64,000 nt of DNA, taken from the NCBI GenBank assembly GCA_039815185.1, contig JBCBZT010000009.1:96001-160000 (forward strand), in the 5' to 3' direction. The notes beneath the pieces are model-generated. The model made no database searches and was not told the DNA's origin. It saw only the letters and a program-made list of their open reading frames with translations. Positions 17,105-25,863 of the stretch are shown one piece after another. Every line of letters starts with the position of its first letter. The first letter of the stretch is position 1. The DNA comes from Cyanobacteria bacterium P01_A01_bin.123. Its GTDB lineage: Bacteria > Cyanobacteriota > Cyanobacteriia > Phormidesmidales > Phormidesmidaceae. The position numbers and the translations under genes were made by a program.

Positions 17105-19291
17105 CTACCAGGGACGCCAACCCTCCCAGTCGTTGTTAAAAATAGAGGTATTCGGAAACGCGGTGGGGTTGCCGTCTTGGTTAAGCCGTTGCTGTAGGGT
17201 CTCCAGCAGCGGTTCTCGGTTGGGCAAGTTATCGACTAATTCGTAGGGCAATACGCCTTGATTCAGAGCAAAGTCAATGGTGGTTCCAGTGGCGACACCC
17301 ACTGACCACTCAAAGGAGTGAACCCGATAAGCTGCTGCGGCAATCGTGCTGGCGGCAATGCTTTTGCTGGCAACTAAAAGATTGTCAATCTTTTGAGGAA
17401 TCAGCGATCGCAGGGGAATTTGAGCGGGATAGGCTTGACCATGGGCCTGGCGTACACCAGGAAATTCAATATTGCCAGGGGCTTCTGGTGGATACTCTGC
17501 CATGCAGGGATGGAAGTCAATGGCGTACTGGGCAATGCCTACCGAATCGGGATAAAAATAGGACCGGGTACGCCCTTCAATGTCATCGGCTGGGGTGTTT
17601 TCAACAATGGCATCGAGTAGGTTGAGATCGGCCAGCGATCGCCATAGATTCAAATAAGTCCGCTCCGGCAAATTGTCACGGTAGAACTCACTGTGAAAAT
17701 CGTTCCAGGAAAAATCGACTTCATTGATCCGAAACCCTTCGTCGTAGCCATAGGAGGGACGACCAATAATGCGCCGGGCTTCACGCATGTAGGGGTATTT
17801 CGACAACCCGTGGGCTGTCCCCATCGGGGCGTCAAAGCCGCTAATAAAACGGTGATTAGGGCTGGGTTCCTTGACCCCCTCGCCCAGTTGAGAGTCAGTT
17901 GTGCCTTCCACCAGCCAGTAATAGTAGCCGTAGGCGTTCTCTTCTCCCCTGCGTAGGGTTTCAGTGCGGAGGCCGCCCAGCCAGCCACCGGGGCTGAGTT
18001 GGCCTGAGTCTTGCAACTGCTGGTGAGTATAAATCAGGTTATCTTCAGCGGTGCCGGGGCGGTAATCGTTGCCCCAGGTCCAGTTCTGCATAGAAATATC
18101 ACCCGGTGCAGGCATGGCAACGCCAAAAATTCTCTCCTCCGCTCGGGGATTGGCGCTCCAAATACGACGATAGGTAAAGACAAAATCGAAGTAGTTGAAG
18201 TCTTCACCGCGATCGCGCTCATAGCTGTAATAAGGCGCATATTGCGGATAATAGGCAGGCATCACCTGGGGTTGGGGTTCCTCAGTGCGCTCCATCGTAA
18301 AGGTATAGGTAAACCCCTGAGTGCAGTAAGGATACGGCTCGGCCACTGGAGATGAGGGGTTGCGATGGCTGCGCGGATCTAGGCCGAGTTGGTAAGGCAC
18401 ATCTGCCAGGGCAACCACCTCTCCAGTTTCGGTAGCTTCAACCACATACCAGTCGGCAGGGCGAGGGGGTGCAGGCGCTGTGGCGTCTGCTTCCTCTGCT
18501 GTCACTGGCTGGGGGACAAACTGAATAATGGTTTTACTAAAGCGCTCAGAGTCTTCGTAGCGATAGGCGTCTTCAATTGTGTAGGAGAGTGGTTCGCTGT
18601 TGAGCGGCAAGGCACCAGGCGCAGGGGTGTGCTGAATCGCGATCGCGCTTTCGATCATCCGGCCATCAGCGCTAATAGCCAGGTCTTTCAACACTGTCGA
18701 AGGGAACCAATTGAGTTCGCCACCGCCGTGCCGTGCTGCATCAGCCAACATCTGGCGTAAAATCTGGTCGGCATCTTGGGGGATGAAGCAAGACACACTC
18801 ACCCAACACGAGCCAGGATTAAGTTCCCCATACCACTTTTCAATGCGATCGCGCAGTTCGTTGTAGCCCTTGGCATAGAACAGCAGTTCCCGCTGTTTGC
18901 GGGATTCATCCAGTGCTGAAGTGCCCTGAGCAGTGAGTTGGCCACCAATCCAGTCGGTGATTTCGGTGATACAGACGGTACGTCCGGCCAGTAGGCTTTC
19001 ATAGGCGGTAGCAGTCCCCGACAACCCGCCACCAATAATCAACACTTCACACTCGACCACTTGATCTGGGTCGCGCGGTAAGGCTGCGATAACCCGAGAG
19101 GGGAGTTGTTTTCCAGTAGCTTGATTCTGAATATTTGGGGTTGTAGAGGCTGTCGTGCCGGAATTTTGGGAGGCTTGGCTATCGCTCTGCTGGGCACTTC
19201 CGGGTGAAGGCAATGAACCGGATATCAGCAGCACACCTAACATCCCTACGAGGCACTGCTGAGAAAAACGCTGAACCATAGATGACATCAA
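17105..19291 (-). CDS. Exported FAD-dependent oxidoreductase
   Basis: Signal peptide; VLIIGGGLSGTATA, EITDWIGGQLTAQG, ATETGE, PYMREARRI, IPLRSLIP. Confidence 0.85.
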   Translation of the reverse strand: MMSSMVQRFSQQCLVGMLGVLLISGSLPSPGSAQQSDSQASQNSGTTASTTPNIQNQATGKQLPSRVIAALPRDPDQVVECEVLIIGGGLSGTATAYESLLAGRTVCITEITDWIGGQLTAQGTSALDESRKQRELLFYAKGYNELRDRIEKWYGELNPGSCWVSVSCFIPQDADQILRQMLADAARHGGGELNWFPSTVLKDLAISADGRMIESAIAIQHTPAPGALPLNSEPLSYTIEDAYRYEDSERFSKTIIQFVPQPVTAEEADATAPAPPRPADWYVVEATETGEVVALADVPYQLGLDPRSHRNPSSPVAEPYPYCTQGFTYTFTMERTEEPQPQVMPAYYPQYAPYYSYERDRGEDFNYFDFVFTYRRIWSANPRAEERIFGVAMPAPGDISMQNWTWGNDYRPGTAEDNLIYTHQQLQDSGQLSPGGWLGGLRTETLRRGEENAYGYYYWLVEGTTDSQLGEGVKEPSPNHRFISGFDAPMGTAHGLSKYPYMREARRIIGRPSYGYDEGFRINEVDFSWNDFHSEFYRDNLPERTYLNLWRSLADLNLLDAIVENTPADDIEGRTRSYFYPDSVGIAQYAIDFHPCMAEYPPEAPGNIEFPGVRQAHGQAYPAQIPLRSLIPQKIDNLLVASKSIAASTIAAAAYRVHSFEWSVGVATGTTIDFALNQGVLPYELVDNLPNREPLLETLQQRLNQDGNPTAFPNTSIFNNDWEGWRPW

Positions 19292-19834
19292 AGATTTTTT
19301 TTAGCTTAGACAACTCAAAGGTCGTATGACGAAAGAGCATCCAAAATTCATTGAAGCACGGGATCTTAGGTTTCGTTAACCTGTAAACCTATCAGTCAGC
19401 CACCGCTCGCGAGTTTGAAACAGCCTTAAATGAGTCTCATCCCTAGACCTGATCGGTTGCAGCATTTGTAACCCCTAAGTGACGATAGGTTTAGCAGCTA
19501 TCCTGGCATTGAACCAGATAGACGGATATCTATCTCAACAACGTCTATCTCAACAGTGGTTGGAAAGTTGTAGCTCTGGTCAAAATTATGGATCAAAGCC
19601 TTGCTGTGCGTAAAAGAGCACTCACCCTGCGAGCCCTTGGCAATTGAACCCTACATCTCAGATGCCTATCGGCCATGACTCCCTGCATGGTGTCTATTCA
19701 GGGGGGAATGAATAATTAGGCATCGTCAACCCCGTCTTGATCACAAACGCCTTTGCTGTTGAGGCTTTAACAGCCACCTCTTTTTGAGCCCCCCGAAGCG
19801 AATTCTGGGGGGCGTTGCTAAGTAGTCCGTTTGA

Positions 19835-21277
19835 CTAGAATTCGCAAATTGATTCAGGTTGAACGGGACATGAACCGTTCTGAAGTGGATTATCACCCAC
19901 CTTGAGGGAATACAATTCACTCAAATCTGACAAGGGGGTCAACGCTGAGACCCGGTTATAACTCAGATCGAGTGTACGCAGACTCGTCAGATTCGATAAG
20001 GAATCTACGTCTAAAATTCGATTCTTGCCGAGATTAAGCGTATACAGACTTGTTAAATTTGCCAGTGGAGCCAGCGCTACAATTTGGTTTTCCCCTAGAT
20101 GAAGGTGGGAGAGATGAGTCAAATTTGATAGCGGACTCAAGTCTGCAATGTGATTGTCATCCAGCAGGAGAACGTCTAAGTTAACAAGCTGGGATAGCGG
20201 CTCCAAGTTTGAAATTTGGTTGTCATCTAGATCAAGGTTGGTTAGACCCGTGAGGTGGGATAGCGGTTCTAAGTCTGCAATTTGGTTGTCGTCAAGATAG
20301 ATGCCCTCCAAACTCGTGAGTCTTGATAACGGCCCTAAGTCGGAAACCTGATTGTCATTGAGATAAAGTTGACGTAGCTGAGTTAACCCTGATAATGGTG
20401 CTAAATTTGAGACTTGGTTATCACTGAGATGAAGCGTCTCTAAGCTAACTAGACCTGACAAGGAATCAATTGCGGATATCTGATTATTGCTGAGTGCAAG
20501 TATTTCTAGACTAGTTAACACCGATAGCGCATCTATATTGGCGATTTGATTATTCTCAAGAGAAAGATAGTTTAGGTGAGTGAGGCCCGACAAAGATTCG
20601 ACATTAACGATTCGATTATTTCCTGATTTGAGATATTCTAATTGAATTAATTCGGAAAATGCATCTATCTCAACGACTTGATTGCCAAAGAGGGAAAGGC
20701 GAGTCAGATTCGTTAGCGCGGATAAAGCTTGAACATCGTCAACTTGGTTGAGGTTGAGGTTGAGCCAGTCTAATTCTGTGAGTCTGGATAAAGGTTGTAT
20801 GTCTGTAATTTGATTGAAGCTGAGTTCGAGCCCTTCTAGGTTTGTCAGGTTTGATAACGGTTCTATATCAGAGATTTGGTTGTCACTGAGATCGAGAACT
20901 GTAAGGTCTGTTAGGGCCGAAATCGGCGTTATGTCTGATATTTGAGTGCCATGAATCCTGAGATAGGTCAAGTTAGTCAGGACTGACAAGGGCTCTAAAT
21001 TTTCAATATTACTAATACTGAGGTCAAGCTCGCTCAAGTTACTGAGGATTTCATCAGCGCGATCGCAGTCCTCTGTTTCTGCCTTTGATAATAAAACTTC
21101 AACGGTATGGCGAGCTTCTGGTATGAGATTGTCTTGATCTTCACACCAACTCGCAAAGCTAGAATAGTTTTCAGGGTTGGATTGAGCCATCACAGGACCC
21201 GTGGCAGATCCCACAATTCATGCTGCCAGCAGACTGCTGCCTAGGGTGACTCTTAAGTTCAAATGGAAGGGAAACAT
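19835..21277 (-). pseudogene. Internalin-type LRR protein (~18 repeats) with a nonsense codon in its signal peptide
   Basis: ATG 21277 gives MFPFHLNLRVTLGSSLLAA* with TGA at 21220-21218, where the paralog has TTA. The rest of the frame (19835-21214) is intact. Confidence 0.8.
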
Positions 21278-21308
21278 GGAGGCAATTTTAGATTTCAACA
21301 TTATTCAG

Positions 21309-21334
21309 CTTCAGCCCTAAAAATAGAAATTCCG
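21309..21334 (-). promoter_or_regulatory. GGAAT-N15-TGAA motif upstream of LRR gene 1
   Basis: CGGAAT-14 nt-CTGAAG, about 32 nt before the ATG. Confidence 0.5.
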
Positions 21335-21368
21335 AACTGGTTTAATCATGTTTCTCATAAAAAATGAG

Positions 21369-21540
21369 TTGGTATTATGCCCTTTTGGGGAATGCCAGTG
21401 GTTGCTAAATATTGAGGGTTAGGACGAAGCATTTGTAGGCTGGGGAGCGGAAGATCAAGACATGATCGAACGCTATTTTGCCGATGGACATCATATCTGC
21501 CGCTGCCCCCATTTGGTGTATTTACACTTCACTATATCGT
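21369..21540 (+). pseudogene. Fragment of a GT7/GT2-like glycosyltransferase
   Basis: LLNIEG*DEAFVGWGAEDQDMIERY...VYLH resembles the GGxDExFxGWGxEDxD motif, with an in-frame TAG at 21420-21422. Confidence 0.65.
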
Positions 21541-21612
21541 TAATTAACCGTGGCAACCTGTCGCGCTCGTTGAGGCCAAGCGACGACACTACTATGCAAA
21601 GAGAATGCCGTC

Positions 21613-23064
21613 TTAATAAAATTCGCAGGTGGAATCAGGCTGAACTGGACATGAGATATCTTCAAGCGGATTGTCGCCCACTTTAAGGGAAAATAGCCGC
21701 TCTAAATTTGCTAAGGGAGTCAACTCTGAGATTAGATTGTTGCTGAGATTAAGCGTATTTAGGCTTGTCAAATTAGCGAGAGAGCCTACGTCTAAAATGC
21801 GATTATGGCTGAGATTTAGAGTGCGCAGACGCGTCAAATTTGCCAGTGGAGCCAACTCTAAAATTTGGTTGTCAGCCAGATTCAACTCGGAGAGATTCGT
21901 CAAGCTTGATAAAGACGCTAAATCTGAAATTTGGTTGTCTTCAAGACGAAGGAACTCTAAATTAGTGAGTTGCGACAGCGGCTCTAAGTCTGAAATCTCG
22001 TTGTCATTGAGAGAGAGACTTCCTAGATTAGTGAGTTGTGCTAGCGGCGCTAAATTTGAAACTCGATTATCGTTCAGAAAAACCCCTGATAAACTCGTCA
22101 ACCCTGACAAGGGTTCTAGGTCGGAAATCTGATTATTACTGAGGTCAAGAATGTCTAATTCAGTTAACTCTGATTCTACTAGAGCATCGATAGCTGATAT
22201 GTTGTTGTTATTAAGATTGAGAAGCCCTAGACTTCTTAACTCTGAAAGGGCCTCTATATTGACAATCTCATTGTTCCGCATCCAGAGCCACTCCAGGCGA
22301 TCTAACCCTGCCAAAGGTTCTATATTGACAATTCGATTGTTGCTCAATATGAGCCATTTTAACTTATTGAGTTCAGAGAGTGAAGTGATATCAACAATCT
22401 GATTCTCCAGTAACTCAAGATGTGTTAAGTTCGTTAGTCTCGCTAAGGCTTGAACATCTTCAATTTGGTTAAGATTAAGATTAAGCTCTTTCAGATTGGT
22501 CAGCCTTGATAAAGGCTGTATGTCACCAATTTGGTTGCGCCCAAGATATAGCCATTCTAGATCGGTCAGCCTTGATAAAGGCTGTATATCACTAATTTGG
22601 TTGCGCCCAAGATATAGCCATTCTAGATTGATCAGATTTGATAACGGTTCCACATTCGAAATCTCATTATCACTGAGAGTAAGATTTGTGAGATTTGTGA
22701 GTCCTGAAAGTGGGGTTATATCTGAGATTTGATTGTCATGAAGACTCAAATCGGTCAACTGAGTCAGCACAGAGAGGGGCTCCAAATTTTCGATTTGCTT
22801 TTCGATAAGCTGAAGCTGGCTCAAGTTACTGAGGATTTCATCAGCGCGATCGCAGTCTTCTGTTTCTGCTCTTGATAGCAAAACATCAACGGTATGGCGA
22901 GCTTCTGGTGTGAGATTATCTCGATTTTCACACCAATCCGCAAAGCTAGAATAGGTTTCAGGGTTGGATTGGGCCATAACGGCACCTGTGGTAGATCCTA
23001 TAATTAATGCTGCCAGCAGACTGCTGCCTAGGGTGATTTTTAAGTTTGAACGGAAGGGGAACAT
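21613..23064 (-). CDS. Secreted internalin-type LRR protein (~18 repeats) with Cys-containing N- and C-caps
   Basis: Signal peptide; FADWCE...EDCDRA cap; 22-aa LxxLxLxxNxIxDxxPL repeats; CPVQPDSTC end. Confidence 0.92.
   Translation of the reverse strand: MFPFRSNLKITLGSSLLAALIIGSTTGAVMAQSNPETYSSFADWCENRDNLTPEARHTVDVLLSRAETEDCDRADEILSNLSQLQLIEKQIENLEPLSVLTQLTDLSLHDNQISDITPLSGLTNLTNLTLSDNEISNVEPLSNLINLEWLYLGRNQISDIQPLSRLTDLEWLYLGRNQIGDIQPLSRLTNLKELNLNLNQIEDVQALARLTNLTHLELLENQIVDITSLSELNKLKWLILSNNRIVNIEPLAGLDRLEWLWMRNNEIVNIEALSELRSLGLLNLNNNNISAIDALVESELTELDILDLSNNQISDLEPLSGLTSLSGVFLNDNRVSNLAPLAQLTNLGSLSLNDNEISDLEPLSQLTNLEFLRLEDNQISDLASLSSLTNLSELNLADNQILELAPLANLTRLRTLNLSHNRILDVGSLANLTSLNTLNLSNNLISELTPLANLERLFSLKVGDNPLEDISCPVQPDSTCEFY
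22498..22629. repeat. Near-exact 66-bp tandem duplication of one LRR unit
   Basis: 22498-22563 vs 22564-22629 are 63/66 identical; both encode LEWLYLGRNQI.DIQPLSRLT. Confidence 0.9.
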
Positions 23065-23094
23065 GGGGGCGATTTAGATTTCAACATTATCCAG

Positions 23095-23120
23095 CTTCAG
23101 TCTTAAAAATAGAAATTCCG
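23095..23120 (-). promoter_or_regulatory. GGAAT-N15-TGAA motif upstream of LRR gene 2
   Basis: CGGAAT-14 nt-CTGAAG, about 31 nt before the ATG. Confidence 0.5.
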
Positions 23121-23324
23121 AATTGATTCAATCGTATTTCTCATAAAAATTGAGATCGATTGATGAATTAGATTGATGTCATTTCAGAAGTCGATAGATA
23201 CTTTAACGGAGTTTTCTAAGAAAGCTTTTTGGGTTACAAAAATTTCAACACATTTCATATCTAAAAATGAAGAGCAGCGCGATCGCGCTGCTCTTTAATA
23301 CTGTTCATTAACTAAAACAGTGAC

Positions 23325-24518
23325 TTACGAATATTGGCTCGGTACTGGATAGGTCTCGTTGACAAACCAATCGCCAATCGCCTTGAACTTGTAGTCCACG
23401 GGGTCATGCAAACTAAACGTGCGTAGGTCGCGCCAATAGCGATCAAACCCATACTTAGACGCTGTTGCCCGTGCCCCCATCATGTCAAACATGTGGGTGG
23501 TAATCGTCAACCCCGTCTTGATTGCAAATGCCTTGGCTGAGGCGGCTTTGATGGCTACCTCGCCTCGTTCTTCAAAGGTTAGATCGGTATTGCGTTGCCA
23601 GGCGGTTTGCAGGGCTTCAGCGGCTTGGGTTGCCAAGGCGATCGCGGCTTGTAAATCCGTCCAATACTCGCCATAGCGATGCAAAATGTACGGATCATCA
23701 GTAGCTTGGTCTACTCCAGAGGTGAGCCAGGGGCGGGTTTGCGTTGCGGTATAGGCTTTCGCGGCGCTCAGGGCACCCTCAGCAATCCCAAGATAGGTGA
23801 ACACTTTGCCCAACTGGGAAACTAGAAAAATTAATGTCGGGAAAGCACTGGTAGGCACAGGGGGTGGCCCTACCAATTCTTCAGCGGCAACATAGACGTT
23901 CTCAAAGCTGTAGCTGCCGCTCACGGTGCGACGTTGACCCATATTGTCCCAATCGTCGTTATAGCGAATGCCCCCGCGGTCTTTGGGGATAACAAATACA
24001 TAGGGCTCGCCAGATTCTTCATGGATCGCTGCGATCGCATTCACATCTGCGATCGCAACCCCAGTGCCAAAACTTTTGGTGCCGTTGACTCGAAATCCAT
24101 CCCCATCGGAAACAATTTTGAGTCGTGCATCCCGCGCATTTAAGGCATTGGCCCAAAACAGATTATGCTCAACGGTCATTCGGTAGCTTTGCTCCGCTTG
24201 TCCGGGACGACCTAGCGCTGCTCCAGCATGGACCAAAACCACATGGTTGGCATACATCTGCCCAATCGACCCTTGGGCGGCCGCCAAAGTTTTCACCACC
24301 TGATAGGCGTCCAAGAACGTTGCTCCGCCACCACCATATTCGCGGGGAATCGGCAACGACAACAGACCTGATTGCTTGAGCAACTGGATTTCTTCGGTGG
24401 GTAGTCCAGCCGCTTCATCCAGCAGCACTGCCTGGGTCCCTAGCTGGGCTGCCACATCGTTTGCGACGGCTAGGTAATCTTTAGCACTAGAGGGTTGAAG
24501 CCCGACAACTTTAGACAT
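23325..24518 (-). CDS. Acyl-CoA dehydrogenase-fold flavin monooxygenase (DszC/SfnB-like)
   Basis: IPREYGGGG, NGTKSFGTG, DDWDNMGQRRTVSGS, FDRYWRDLRTFSLHDPVDYK; AGGAG RBS. Confidence 0.88.
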   Translation of the reverse strand: MSKVVGLQPSSAKDYLAVANDVAAQLGTQAVLLDEAAGLPTEEIQLLKQSGLLSLPIPREYGGGGATFLDAYQVVKTLAAAQGSIGQMYANHVVLVHAGAALGRPGQAEQSYRMTVEHNLFWANALNARDARLKIVSDGDGFRVNGTKSFGTGVAIADVNAIAAIHEESGEPYVFVIPKDRGGIRYNDDWDNMGQRRTVSGSYSFENVYVAAEELVGPPPVPTSAFPTLIFLVSQLGKVFTYLGIAEGALSAAKAYTATQTRPWLTSGVDQATDDPYILHRYGEYWTDLQAAIALATQAAEALQTAWQRNTDLTFEERGEVAIKAASAKAFAIKTGLTITTHMFDMMGARATASKYGFDRYWRDLRTFSLHDPVDYKFKAIGDWFVNETYPVPSQYS

Positions 24519-24826
24519 GACATATCTCCTGCTGTGAAGGTATCTTGTTTGGCTACCCGCACGTTAAGATCCAATCGAGAAGAATCAGAGTAGGGTTTTT
24601 CCTGGGGCGCGTCATCAATTGAATGCAGAAAGCATTATGGCTGAACCTTGCTGGCCCGACCCAACTACACGAGCTATGAGTTATCACTGCTGCGCTGAAA
24701 GCAATGGACACTCTAATTGATAACAACCCCTGGTCTGTTCTAAACCGCGTCCACATCCAGATCCATAATTTTCCTTACGCTAAAACTCCAGGTGCCAAAT
24801 CGCATGTGGTTTAGTGCTATTGCGGG

Positions 24827-25756
24827 TTAAAAGCTACAAATTGATGCGGGTTCGACCGGACAGGTGCGATCGCTCAGCGGATTTTCTTCTAGAAACAGGA
24901 GAGACAGATTAGTAAGGGTCGAAAGCGACGAAGCATCTGTAATTTGGTTTTGAGCCAGCCTCAATACGGTCAAATCGTTTAGAGCCGACAAGGGTGTGAC
25001 GTCTGTAATTTGGTTGTCAACCAGTCCTAGCCAGAACAAATCAGTCAATGCTGCCAGCGGCTCAAGGTGAGTAATGCGATTCACACTGAGATCAAGATTC
25101 GCCAAGTTAGCCAAATTTGCTAAGGTGTCCACCGTCTCAATCTGGTTGAAACTGAGATCAAGCCAGTCCAGTTCAGATAGCGTTGACAACGGCGCGATGT
25201 CTGAAATTTGGTTGACTTGGAGGTTTAACCGGGTGAGCTGAGTCAAGGTTGACAACGGCTCTATGTCTGAAATTTGATTGCTGCTGAGATTCAGCTCTGT
25301 GAGGCTCGTCAGAGTCGAGAGGGGGGCAACATCCGAAATTTGATTCTCGCCAAGATGCAGCAAATCCAGCTGGGTTAGGTTTGAAAGGGGAGCAACATCC
25401 GAAATTTGATTCTCGTTGAGGATAAGCCAGGTGAGTTGGGGCAGCGATGCGAGGGGGGCTACCTCTGACAACTGAGTTCGACTTAGGTCAAGTTGAGTCA
25501 AGCTGCTCAGGACTGCTTCAGCGCGATCGCAGTCTTCGGTCTCTGCTGCTGTTAGTAAGACCTCAACCGTATGGTGAGCTTCTGGCGTTAGGCTCTCTTG
25601 GTTTTCACACCAATCGGCAAAGTGGTCAAACGTCCTGGCATCATCAGCCTGGGCAAACGTACAGCTCGTGATGCCTGCAGTCAAAACCGTCAGCAGACCA
25701 ACACGAGTCAGGGACTCAAACTTCAAATTAAGCGGGGGCATGGGGGATGGGGACAT
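24827..25756 (-). CDS. Secreted (possibly lipoprotein) LRR protein, ~10 repeats
   Basis: Same FADWCE...EDCDRA N-cap and CPVEPASIC C-cap as the other two; ITSC lipobox-like signal. Confidence 0.9.
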   Translation of the reverse strand: MSPSPMPPLNLKFESLTRVGLLTVLTAGITSCTFAQADDARTFDHFADWCENQESLTPEAHHTVEVLLTAAETEDCDRAEAVLSSLTQLDLSRTQLSEVAPLASLPQLTWLILNENQISDVAPLSNLTQLDLLHLGENQISDVAPLSTLTSLTELNLSSNQISDIEPLSTLTQLTRLNLQVNQISDIAPLSTLSELDWLDLSFNQIETVDTLANLANLANLDLSVNRITHLEPLAALTDLFWLGLVDNQITDVTPLSALNDLTVLRLAQNQITDASSLSTLTNLSLLFLEENPLSDRTCPVEPASICSF

Positions 25757-25776
25757 AAGCTTTCGACGTTATGAGA

Positions 25777-25802
25777 CTTCATGTTCACAGTGAACAATTC
25801 CG
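25777..25802 (-). promoter_or_regulatory. GGAAT-N15-TGAA motif with a palindromic spacer upstream of LRR gene 3
   Basis: CGGAAT-14 nt-ATGAAG; the spacer forms the perfect palindrome TGTTCAC-A-GTGAACA (25782-25796). Confidence 0.5.
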
Positions 25803-25863
25803 AATCGCAAGTGTCGCGCTTATCCCGCCCACCCGTTAATCGGGGCCTCAACAGCCTTCATCT

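Noticed and set aside
21671..22732. Plus-strand ORFs antisense to LRR genes, and similar antisense ORFs across the window
   Set aside because: Shadow frames produced by repeat and codon structure of the real genes; no independent motifs.
9482..25756. Diversity-generating retroelement acting on TPR/LRR genes
   Set aside because: No reverse transcriptase, and no template/variable repeat pair with adenine-specific differences was seen.
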